A stretch of 64,000 bases of DNA from positions 4,342,001-4,406,000 of the forward strand of contig NC_087245.1 of assembly GCF_037042905.1 (NCBI RefSeq), given 5' to 3'. Numbering within the stretch: the stretch's first letter is position 1; every line of letters starts with the position of its first letter. This document shows positions 27,666 through 39,116 of this stretch, piece after piece. This DNA comes from Lytechinus pictus (lineage: Eukaryota). A program made the position numbers and the translations under genes. Below the pieces are notes generated by a model. The model had not been told where the DNA came from, made no database searches, and saw only the letters and a program-made list of their open reading frames with translations.

Positions 27666-28275
27666 CTCTTGCTCTCCCATGTACTGTCTGTAGCATTAGA
27701 CAATCTTTCAATCCAATGCAATTGTTAATGTTGGCATAGACGGTAAGTCGGTATTTTTCAAATCAACGGTTTCCAGGCCAGACCAAAAAAAAGAAATTAA
27801 AGAAATCCCATTCGCTGCTCAGCTCAGTTCAATTCAGTCCACTTTGACTTTCTTTAGTTTGGCCTTTGCCTCGAATTTTCTTGTGAACCGTTGTCGTTGT
27901 CGTTGAACAAGGACTGTAAAAAAATATGGTTTATGGACTCAAAAACAGTCACAAGTTCAGACCAAATCACAAATGGTCGTAAGTTGCTGAGCACACAACA
28001 GAGAGTCGTCCCGTAGCAGAAATCTACATTCTATACTAGTAAGTAGATCGATCTTCTAACTAAGTAGGCCTAGTAGTACTAGTAGTAGTAGTACTAGTAG
28101 TAGTACTAGTACTAGTTTAGTACTCATGTTCATCCCTCAAATGTTGTCAACATGTTCCTCCTTCTGTCAATCGCTCTCTGTCTGTCGATTCTCGATCTCT
28201 CGTCTCGATCTCGTTTACGTTTACGTTTGTGTACAAAAATAGTCAATGTAAAATCCCATAGATGCGCATGCCCCT
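27666..28275 (-). promoter_or_regulatory. Candidate promoter and first non-coding exon of the SOCS7-like gene
   Basis: Strong minus-strand donor GAG|gtgagt at 27666/27665, CpG-retaining sequence, NRF1-like tgcgcatgc at about 28263. No transcript evidence. Confidence 0.35.
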
Positions 28276-28616
28276 CCACTGTACTTCCGCATTTTGATTT
28301 CGCTGCACTACTGTGTAAATACGTGACTGGAGTGCTCCTATGCACAAATATCTTCAGAGAACCCAGCATTATGGTAACTCTGCTCAGAGTTCAGCACTGC
28401 AGCGTCATCTGCGGCGAAAAACTGATAAGTTTCTTATAATTCAATGGTTGAAACTGGGACAAATTGATTTTAAAAAGTATTTTTAAAAATTGACCCAAGT
28501 TATATTTAGTAGAAATGCCTGAGGTAAATATATAAGTGCATCACTGTACTTCATTGTCACTGATCATTCAAGAATCGCCTGGATAGACACTGGTGTAAGA
28601 ATTACATGTATGACCT

Positions 28617-28780
28617 GGGGAGTGTTTCATCAACATTTTCATCCGACACTATAGATGTCAGATCTGACATCTTTCTCTGATGTTGATTGACTGAGAGGTA
28701 CTGTTACTATGGTAACTGTCGGATAAAATGGGACTTGTCGGATAAAACGTCCGACAAGTCCTTTCATGAAACGCCCCCCC
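28617..28780. mobile_element. Short palindromic MITE
   Basis: ggggagtgtttcatcaa pairs with ttcatgaaacgccccc; ttttcatccgaca pairs with tgtcggataaaa. Confidence 0.65.
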
Positions 28781-29634
28781 CCCCCCCCAGCTCTCACATT
28801 ATGAGCAAATATATATAGGCAGTATTATCTTCGCTTCCTTCAGTTTAGCATACAAACTAATTCTTCTTTCTTGTGTTAAGTCTCTCTTGTGCGTGTGTGT
28901 GTGTGTGTGTGTCCCAATGTCATGGATAGTGTACTACCACCAGATGAGATGTTGAAGTGTATCCTATTGCCGGACACCTTTATTTCAGTGCTTTAAAAAT
29001 GACAACTAGAAGAAATACAAATAAGAAAAATTCGCACTTGATTCCAAATTCCAAATATTATTATGAAAATTGTGAATATAATAAAATTATTTTACATTTA
29101 CCAACCGTTTTCTTGGCATCGCACTTGCCACATACCCCTCCACGAAAAACAATTTTAAATGATCAGAAGAACTAGCTCATGTTATTAAACAGTAATTTAT
29201 TTTTTAATCGAAAACAAACTCATTTACCCATTGTTTAGAGATGAGATGAGAAAGTAAAATATGGGATCAAGCAATTAAGGCGCCTTGTAAACCGGGCTTA
29301 TGAAATGAATAATTATTATGGCCATTACAGACCACAAAATAAAGTTCCAATGACATAAAAAGAGCACAATGATTAATGAAAAAGAAAAGATCGCAGAAAC
29401 TCTTTGAAAAATCATCAAAATTATGTTCAGAGACCATTCACATTTGAAATATATTTTGGATTGTTGTGTTAATGCCATAAAAATGACAACATTGTAAAGA
29501 TAGGGGAATTAGTGCTCTGTTAAAAATAAAACTGTAAAAAAATCAGAAATTATTCCTGGCAGCTGGGACTCACAAATAGTATGAGCTGTTAAATTACGAT
29601 GGGCTTTTTAAAAATGCAACAACAAAAAATCAAC

Positions 29635-30800
29635 CAGTGGCGTAACTACGGGGGGTACGTGCCCCCCCCCCCCCCCCATCGGCTGGGGAAAAAACACGTG
29701 CATGGGAAAAGGAAAAAAGAGGAAGAAAGAAAGAGAAACGTAGTGGGGAAGAATAAATCATTGCATATTCTATTATGTTATAAAATGATAATAATAATAA
29801 CGGTATATTTATCTAGGGAAGCCACCTCAGTTCTGAAAACTGTTCTCCCAGCGGGCCCTGCTATTTTACATAAGATTTTTTTCATAACTTTATGAATCAT
29901 TATTTACTTAGGGCCTATGTGTTCATCATTCCTGTTGCTCGCATTGTCTGTTTAATGAGATATATGATCCTGTTGTACTAAAACATCCCATTGTTATTGT
30001 TATTTTATGTAGTGACATATGCTTCTTTTTCATGGCTACTTATGACCCATTATAAGGTCTGAATATAAAACATTTCCAGTCCGTGCCTACGTTCGCATTA
30101 GTGGATTGGTGACATAATGTTTGCTCTTCATGAATTCCTCAAAACAGTCCTTAAAATTATTTTTTTTCTGGTCTGAATATAAAAAAAGTCAGCTCGCACT
30201 TCGCATCACTTTTTTGGTTAGTGAAATATGTATGGTCTTAGTGATTCCTACAAACATGCCTTAGAATGCCCCTCTTCCTGTCTGAATTTCAAAAATTTCG
30301 GCTTGTGCTTCGCGCTCGCATTATTTGATTAGTGAGATACGTATGTTCATGATTAAAATGACTACGAAACATGCTTCATGTGTTACGGTGCAACGCTAAC
30401 AAAATCAGGACTATGATGAGGTGACAATGGTGAGATAATGTATGCTCTTCATGAATTCCTATAAAATAGTCCTTAAAATGTCCCTGTTTGGGGGTCAATA
30501 TATAGATAAGAAAAATCAGCTCGCGCTTCGCACTCGCATTGTTTGTTTAGTGAGACAGGTACGTATAATGATTACAAAAAATTGCTTATAATGACCCTTT
30601 TTTAGGACTAAATATAAACAAATTTCAACTCGCACTCGCGCTCGCATTATTTGATTAGTGAGATACATATCGTTTAATGGCACAGTCCTGTCTATATTAG
30701 GTCAATATAACTGGCAATTGAGCGCACTTCGCGCGCCCACTAAGTTTCTAAAATAAAAATTCTGGTGCCCCTATGCCGTGACCCACGTTACATATCACTG
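29635..30800. mobile_element. cagtggcgta-ended non-autonomous element; same family as 34380-35382, opposite orientation
   Basis: Ends cagtggcgtaac / tatcactg. Repeated gcgcttcgcgctcgcatt motifs. Reverse-complement similarity to 34380-35382. Confidence 0.75.
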
Positions 30801-33183
30801 CATAAAATTACGTTTGGTTTATTATATCATTGTGTCGTCTGTTTTCAAAGGTAAACATGTAAATTTACGATTTTTCTTTGTAAAATTACCCCTAGTATTT
30901 TAACAGTGACCCCCCATGCGCCATTGTATATGGAAAAGATATTTTGATTGGTTTATGATCAAATTATAATCATCATCAAAAGTCATTGGATTCAGTGGCA
31001 TAAATCCGGTCTGATCAGTGGGAGCTGATAACCACATAGCACATGATACTCTTCTAGTCAGTAACTGCTTATGATGATTTTTTTTTAATTTGATGGCTAT
31101 ATTTTCATGATTTGTTGTGATATAAAAAAATGGGTCAATATGGGGAAAATGAGAGCATGAGCCAATAAAGAAAAAAAGTTGCTTCAGTCGTTTAAGATGA
31201 CGAAATGATGTGCATATAATAGAGGATAAATAAGGGTAACAATAACGAAAAGTTTTAGAACAGAATTACAAAGAAATATAAAGTTATATAATAAAGAGCA
31301 AATTATGATAACATCATTGGAGATTTGTTCAATGAAAACTCGTTTGCTCACTGGATAGAGGTGAGATGAGATGTTAAAAATGGCCATCATAAATATATGC
31401 CATTGCGTGCCATTAAAGTGGAAATAGCACAATGATGCAAATAGTTACATACCTTGTTGTGGGCGTAAAGTTTTACCTATAAAACTTGTTTGCCCCAAAT
31501 GAAAAGGAAAATATTGCAGAAAGGAAAGCTGTTGAATAATCTTTTTATTGATAGATAATGCAACATTCATTTTTTTGGAAATACACATTTGATATATTTT
31601 ATTAGATCGTTTTTATTGATAAATATTTCTGTCCCACCATGCCTAAGTGTTTCACTAATGGCTTTGATTAGTTTGATCAATGTCATCAGTAACTTATCGT
31701 ACACATAACTTGAAGTATTTGGTATAATATATATATTGAGTATAGACAATCCTCCGCTTCCACAAAGATTATGATCTAACCCCACCCCCATTACATTCAC
31801 GCCAGTGTTGTATTTAAAGGATGTTTTGATGGGTATATGTCCAAAGTTATAACCGTATTCATAGGCGGATCCAGGGGGGCCGAGGGGCCCGGCCCCCCCC
31901 CCCCCTATTGGCGGAGCAAAAAAAAATTAAAAAGGGAAAGAAAGGAAAAAAAGAAGGGGAGAGAGGAGAAAAAGAAGGGGAAACATAAGAGGAAGAAGAC
32001 GAGTGAATAAAATAAGATGAGGGGAAGACTTGGAAAATAATTAAGAAAATAATTCATGTCATTAAAAATAAAATGTTCGCTCGCGCTTCGCGCCCGCATT
32101 GCCTTTTAGCTCATTTACATATCTTGTTCATTATGGAGTTTAAATATCAAGTTTGGAAGTCAATATACAAAACATATTTCATCTTGGAAATCGAACTTTC
32201 ATTATTTTTTGTGATTTATTTTGATTTTCTAAAAAGTGCTCTGTAAAAATGTCAGTTTTATGGTCTGAATATCAACATTTTCTGCTCACGCTGCGCGCTC
32301 GCAAATTTTAATTTATCAGGTACCTATTATTTTCGTGTATTTCATAAAGTTTACAAAATATCCCTTTTCAGGTCTGATTGTTAAAACGTATCAGCTAGCG
32401 CTGCACGCTCGCATTTTGATTGGCGAGTTATGTATGTCTCAATATTGATTATACAACAAACTACTTAAAATCCCCTTTTCATGACAGTGTATAAAAAATT
32501 TAGGCTCGAAATTTGCGCTCGCATTAATGGTTAATAACATATTAACTGCATCCTAGTTATAATTACAAAAGTGATTGAAATGTCCTGTTTTCAGGCCATC
32601 ATATCATCAGATTTCGCGCCCTCATTAGGCATTAATGAATAAGATATTAATTTAATAATTGAATTGTCCCTTTTGTTTCATCTCGAGCTTAGCAAGAGGA
32701 ATAGGAAGACAGTCTTCATTTTCATATGATGAAATATCCTAAGAACATTATCATTTCCAGTTTAAGATCACAATATCAAAAATTTTCTGCTCGCGTTTTG
32801 TGCTCTCATTATTAATGTAGAAAGATCCCCTATTACTCATTCTTTTCATGATTTACAAAACATGAATAGAGTGTCCCGTTTTTAGGTCTAAATCTCATTT
32901 TTTTTCCGCTCGCGCTTCGCACTCGCATTAATTGTTTAGTTATATACCTATTCTGTTTAAGTTACAAAAAGTGCTTAGAATTTCCATTCTTCGGGTAAAA
33001 ATGTCAACAAATTTCAGCTCGCGCTTCGCGCTCGCATTATTTGATTTTTAAAATATGTAACGACTTCATGGCTAACTGCATGCAGTCTTTAACAGGTACC
33101 TTTTCCATCAGTTCACTTCTGCTCGCGCTTCGTGTTCGTAGTAATTATTTAGTTGCATACACATCTTTTTCGGCTCGGTGTTA

Positions 33184-33352
33184 AAATGGCAGAGGTAAAA
33201 ATGGCAGAGGTAATAATGGCAGAGGTAAAAATGGTAGAGGTAATAATGGCAGAGGTAAAAATGGCAGAGGTAAAAATGGCAAAGGTAAAAATGGCAGAGG
33301 TAAAATGGCAAAGGTAAAAATGGCAGAGGTAATAATGGCAGAGGTAAAAATG
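33184..33352. repeat. 15-bp tandem array, about 11 units
   Basis: aaatggcagaggtaa repeated. Confidence 0.95.
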
Positions 33353-33629
33353 ACAAACCCCCATATGCCAAAAGAAAATTCAAAAGCCCCTCCAATCATC
33401 CATGTACAAAAGATTAAATAAGAAAGGTTCTGGGAAGAATTATAATGTTGGACTAATGGAAAGTGTACCATTTTAAAATCATACTGTAGATCTTCTGCAC
33501 CAAATTGATAACAATTTAGTTGGCATTTTTTTTCCCTGGACTTACATGCACGGCCTCCTCATGTCAAATCGCTCTTCTAATATTCAAATTTGAAGCACAC
33601 TTTGGATCCCAAGTATTGTACTTAATTCA

Positions 33630-34117
33630 TTAAAGTAAAAAATCACCCTGACATAAAGTTTATTGTAAAAAATAACAGAAATACTTAAAATTATATTGGT
33701 GAGGGTTTTAGAGAATCCATCAGAGATTTAAAAAAGGCAATTAGAATTTTATATTTTAATGGTGACGTCATTTGCGAGCAGTTTTTCCCATATTAAGGTG
33801 TAATAAAAAATATAAGTAAAGTGTCATTTAAAAAAAAATGAAAATGGTCTTTATAGTTCCTTAACTATATCAAAATACAAATTATTTAACGTCCGCTCCT
33901 AAAAGTTTTTTTTTCAGCAATCATGAACCACTGATAAAATAAATGAAAAGTATACATTTTTGGTGCATAAAATACGGGGAAGCTGCTCGTATATGACGTT
34001 ACACATCAAAAACTTCCAACTTTCTTAATCTTTGATGGGTTTTCCTCAAACCTTCACCAATATATTTTTCTGCTATTTTTACCATAATCCTTTTGTCAGG
34101 GTGAACTTCCCCTTCAA
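33630..34117. mobile_element. TTAA-type palindromic MITE nested in the Foldback-like element
   Basis: ttaaag...tcaccctgaca pairs with tgtcagggtgaacttccccttcaa; atattggtgagggttt pairs with aaaccttcaccaatat. Confidence 0.65.
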
Positions 34118-34379
34118 AACAGGTCGATAGAATGGTACCTATATAAGAAATAAAATCCCTGTTTCGCTACACATTTCCAATTTCATGCGGTTACCGTTAC
34201 CATAGAGACTAGTTTAGGAACCTGACATCTACTGTTTTACTATACGAAGTGGCCAAGATAAATCCTTTCACCACGTACTAATTAAAATCATTTTGGCATG
34301 GAAATGTTGGGGTTTAATCATGTCAACGATAAAGTATAGATCTAAAATTAGTCCATTCAAGGTCAATAATTATGTCTGT

Positions 34380-35382
34380 CAGTGGCGTACCGTGGGTCAC
34401 GGCATGGGGGGGGGGGGCACCAGCAAAAAATTTTAGTCACTTAGTTTTATAGCGCGCGAAACGTGCTCAGTTGCCCGATATACTGACCTAATAGAGACAT
34501 TTTAAGGAAGTGCCATTAAACGGATATGTATCTCACTGATCACATAATGCGAGCAAGAAGCGCGACTTAAATTTTTTTTATATTCAGATCTAAAAAGGGA
34601 CATTATAAGCAAATTTTTTTGTAATCATGATACTAAGGACTTTTAGGAATCCATTAAGAGTATACATATCTCACCATAGTCATCTAATGCGAGTGCCAAG
34701 CGCATGCTGATTTTGTGAGTATTACATGTAAACACATGAAGCACTTTTTGTAGTCATTGTAATCATGATTATCATAGGCATCTCACTATTCAAATATTGC
34801 GAGTGCAAAGCGCGAGCTGAAAATTTTTGATATTCAGATCAGAAAAAGGGACATTTTAAGGGCTGATTTTAGGCCCGGGATTTTAGGAATTCATGAAGAG
34901 CAGACATATTTCACCAATCAACTGATGCGAACGTATGCACGGACAGGAAATGTTTTATATTAAGACCTTCAAATGGGGCAATCACTTTAAGCATAGTCAT
35001 GAAGAAGCATATGTCACTTCGTAAAACAATAATGATTCGAAGTGCGAGGAAATATATTTGGTGTATATTGACCTAAAAACGGGAGGTTTTAGTACAACAG
35101 GATTATATATCTCGTTAAACAGACAGTGCGAGCACCAGGAACAATGAAGACATAGGCCCTGAGCAAATTATGTTTCATATAGTAATGAAAAAATGTTTTT
35201 TATGTAATATAACATAACATGCTTAAAAATATAATAAAGCATTACAATGAACAATATTTTTTTCTTTCCCACTACGTTTCTCTCCCTTTCTCCCTCATTT
35301 CTCCCATTCCCCGTTTTTTTGCCAGCCGATGAGGGGGGAAGGGCTCGTGCCCCCATGCCCCCGCCCCCTAGTTACGCCAATG
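34380..35382. mobile_element. cagtggcgta-ended element nested in the Foldback-like element
   Basis: Ends cagtggcgtac / ttacgccaatg. Degenerate 8-bp TSD atgtctgt / atggctga (6/8). Confidence 0.75.
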
Positions 35383-35480
35383 ATGGCTGATATTAACTGG
35401 AAAGGCTCTGTCTTTTCCTTGTTGATGTAGCATGTCATGATCTTTACCTGTGTCCCTTTTACCTTTACCATTATTACCTT

Positions 35481-36002
35481 CCGGGGGCAGTCAAATTTAT
35501 TGCTGTACACACGCGTGACCAAATTATTTCCAGACACCCCCTATTAAACGAGTTTTTCTTTGTGTGCAAGATAACCCCCTAAACAAGTTTTAGCGGGCTT
35601 CATTAACAAATCTTGGCCCCTAAACAAGTTGTCGCCATAATATGACCCCGAAAAACGTTTCATGATCCGTTTTCCCGTTTCTCAGGCCCGTTGCTTACAA
35701 TCGGGAAGAACACTTTCCAGAAACGAGGAGGAAAAAGATTTGGGAAAAACATACCCTAAACACGTTTCGTCAGTCTTAAGAAAAGCTTTGGAAACAATAC
35801 CCTAAATACGTTTGACCCCGTGATTGACCAGTCTTTTAAAACCACCCTTTTTGTATAAAAATCGGTGTTCTTTATTCACTTAACGAGTGCACGGGCGGCC
35901 TGCGTCTAAAAGAAAACTGAAAAAAAAAACCACCACGCCATTCAACGCGTATTTTTGTCAAGCATGTGTACAGAAACACATTTGACTGGCCATCCCCACT
36001 GG
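35481..36002. mobile_element. MITE inserted into the right 15-bp array
   Basis: cagtcaaatttattgctgtacacacgcgtgac pairs with gtcaagcatgtgtacagaaacacatttgactg. Array remnant acctttaccattattacctt on its left, main array on its right. Confidence 0.7.
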
Positions 36003-36535
36003 ATTACCTCTGCCATTTTTACCTTTGCCATTATTACCTTTGCCATTATTACCTTTGCCATTATTACCTTTGCCATTTTTACCTCTGCCATTTTTACCTC
36101 TGCCATTTTTACCTCTGCCATTTTTACCTTTGCCATTATTACCTCTGCCATTATTACCTTTGCCATTATTACCTCTGCCATTTTTACCTCTGCCATTTTT
36201 ACCTCTGCCATTTTTACCTCTGCCATTATTACCTTTGCCATTATTACCTTTGCCATTATTACCTTTGCCATTTTTACCTCTGCCATTTTTACCTCTGCCA
36301 TTATTACCTTTGCCATTATTACCTTTGCCATTATTACCTTTGCCATTATTACCTTTGCCATTTTTACCTTTGCCATTATTACCTTTGCCATTTTTACCTC
36401 TGCCATTTTTACCTCTGCCATTTTTACCTCTGCCATTTTTACCTCTGCCATTTTTACCTCTGCCATTTTTACCTCTGCCATTTTTACCTTTGCCATATTT
36501 ACCTCTGCCATTATTACCTCTGCCATTTTTACCTG
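36003..36535. repeat. 15-bp tandem array, about 35 units
   Basis: ttacctYtgccattW repeated with two variable positions. Confidence 0.97.
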
Positions 36536-38408
36536 GCACCTCTTTTTCAGGATAACAAACATTGCCCAGAATGTTCAAATTTTAGGAAAAAATACACAAG
36601 ATTTCAACAACAAAATATTAGCTCGCGCTTCGCGCTCGCATTATTTAAATAAAGATCATGATATTATGTATTTATGTTGATTAATAAGAATAAAGCTAAA
36701 AAGTGACTATTAGGACTACCCCTTCAAAGAAACCAAAAATCGAGCGGCCGATCGGGGAAAATGTGGCTGAAAAAAAATCCGGGCCCCCCTATTGGCGAAG
36801 GCTGGATCCGCCCCTGACCGTATTCAAAGGTCATTGGAATCATACAATTCATAAATAAAAATGAGGGGTGGATGGTCGGGGGAGGATGGTGCAGTGTCAC
36901 CCCTTTCGAAAAGTGGGGGGGGGGGTATATCCCCCATCCCCATTCCGGGATTTAAGCCCGTGATTGCAACCATGAATTGACAAACTCTTATGTACATTTA
37001 AAAAAAAGCCAAAGTAGCATACATAAATTTCATTTCATGATAACGGTAAATCATCAGTAACATAAACTGAAGAAAGAATAGAATATAAGAAGAAAAGAAA
37101 TATAAAGAGCGAATGAGGATTAAACAGTCCAGATTTTGTTCAATTAAAACTCATTTTCTCACTGGTTAAACATGTGAGAATGATGAGAAAAAAAATGGGA
37201 TCATGATATATCGGATTTAAGGGTGCTTTATGAAATTATTATAGGCCATCACAGGCCACAATATAAACTTAAAAAAAAAAAAAAAAAAAGGAACATGAAA
37301 ATGTACAATGATGCAAATTAGAATGAAAAATATTGCAGAAAAGAAATATTTTAAACGATATCTAAGATTATATTGGTAGATGATGCAACATTCAAAATTT
37401 TGAGCCAAATTCATATTTGAAATATTTATCAGATTGTTATGGAATGAAATACGATTAAAATTCTCCTATATATAAACAAATAAAAAGGATGATATTGTAA
37501 AATGCGTGGGAATGCCCTTACTTGCCTCTGTGTTTAATTAAAGGCATTGATTTGGCAAATGTTATCAGTAACTCATCGTACACTTAACTTGAAATATAGG
37601 GTATTCCTATATATATTTTTTTTGGTACAAACCCCCACTTCCACAAAGATTCTAGGATGTGCCCCACGCCAGTTTAATCAAAGGATGTTTTGATTGGTTT
37701 ATAATCAAATTTATAACCACATATAAAAGTCATTGGTGTCATACAAATTAATAGACGTGTTATTACCATTCTCTCATAATCCAGCAGATGTAACCTTTGC
37801 AATAATTCGCTAAGTGTAGGATTTGTCATGGCCAAAATCTTGTAAGATGAGATATTGCGCTGGGGAAATTTTTCATTTTAGAATGATGTATTTTTGAATG
37901 ATGTATTTTTCCATCATAAAAGATCATAAATAGTGGTTGGCATTTGAATTCATAGTCTGCCCCCCCTTTTTTTTTAAAGGGGGCGCATCCCTATGCCCCC
38001 TGTGATTTCAGCCCATGAACAGGGAACATCCCTACAAATCGCTTGGTAGCGGGAAGGGGTAAACTATTTAAAAAGTTGAACATGGGCATGTTATTCTATT
38101 CAATTGTGGGTTTTTTCTCCATCCATCTGTTTCTTACAATTTCTGAGATGAAAATAGATATAAGAAAATTTATAGAGAATAAAAAAATTGATGGTCTTTA
38201 ATGCGACAATATAGGCCTAATCATGATCATGGTCATCATGGACTCCGTCTTTATGAATATGATAATGACCATATATGATTCATAATAAATACTATGATGT
38301 TCAACCAAAGGCTACCTTAAATATTGGTCAATGGTTAGGGATTTATCCCCCCCCCCCCCTTAGATCGACACCTATGATTCATGCGAACTGCAGTGCTCTT
38401 GGATGAAC

Positions 38409-39002
38409 TTAAAAGAGAATGAAACTCTTGGAGCAAGTTAGCTTTTGTGAAAGCAGAAAAATCAAAGAATAAGATCAACAAAAGTTTGAGTAAAATAGGA
38501 CTAGCAATAGAAGAGTTATGGTATTTTGAATGTCTAGATCACTAATGCTATGGAGATCCTCCTATTGGCAATGCGACCAACATCTATGATGTCACAGGTG
38601 AACAACTCTCCCCTTTTGGACACTGAAAATATACCCCAAAACATCTCTTTTTGCTCATTCTAATCATATGACAAACGATTCATCAATGATATAATGTTGT
38701 GAAACCTCTGTACTTGTCCTCTCATAAAGAGAACACCTCACCTTGTGATAGACTCTATAAAAGTGAGAATATAAGTGAAATACTAGTACTAAAGTAATGA
38801 GGGAGTTGTACGTGTGTGACATCACATATCTTGGTCGCATTGCCAATGGGAGGATCTACATGGCATTAGTGATCTCAATATTCAAATGCTCATAACTTTC
38901 TTATTATTCATTCAATCTTCCTCAAACTTTCAACAATATGTTTCTTTGATTTTTCTCTTTGATATGGATTCAGCTGGTTTCAAGGGTTTCATTCTCCTTT
39001 GA
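38409..39002. mobile_element. Long palindromic TTAA-type (Kolobok/piggyBac-like) MITE
   Basis: aaaagagaatgaaactcttg pairs with caagggtttcattctccttt; gatcctcctattggcaatgcgaccaa pairs with ttggtcgcattgccaatgggaggatc. Confidence 0.8.
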
Positions 39003-39066
39003 GTATTCTTTCCGTTTTTTGTGCGCTTTCCTTTTATACATCGGAGATGGCGCTATTTCACTTACA

Positions 39067-39116
39067 ATGGGGAACTTTGAGTGGCCATGGCAGTACGAAT
39101 TTCCACCGTTTTTCTC
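39067..39116 (+). CDS. VPS25: VPS25 exon 1
   Basis: MGNFEWPWQYEFPPFF, the VPS25 N-terminal PPxF motif; donor gtaaga. Confidence 0.95.

Larger units (their letters stand above)
33172..36540. mobile_element. TU/Foldback-like element with inverted terminal 15-bp arrays
   Basis: (aatggcaRaggtaaW)n at the left end and the reverse complement at the right end. 8-bp duplication tctttttc at 33164-33171 and 36541-36548. Confidence 0.75.
31860..36816. mobile_element. hAT-like non-autonomous element, outer layer of a nested cluster
   Basis: TIR cataggcggatcca / tggatccgcccctg (12/14). Exact 8-bp TSD accgtatt at 31852-31859 and 36817-36824. The gctcgcgcttcgcgctcgcatt repeat body resumes after 36548. Confidence 0.88.

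Noticed and set aside
33108..33471. Short repetitive ORFs
   Set aside because: Same 15-bp array in the opposite orientation.
36003..36535. CRISPR-like array
   Set aside because: Head-to-tail repeats with no unique spacers, no cas genes, eukaryotic context.
35942..36680. Five overlapping 176-241 aa ORFs
   Set aside because: Translations of a stop-free 15-bp array; pentapeptide periodicity in every frame.
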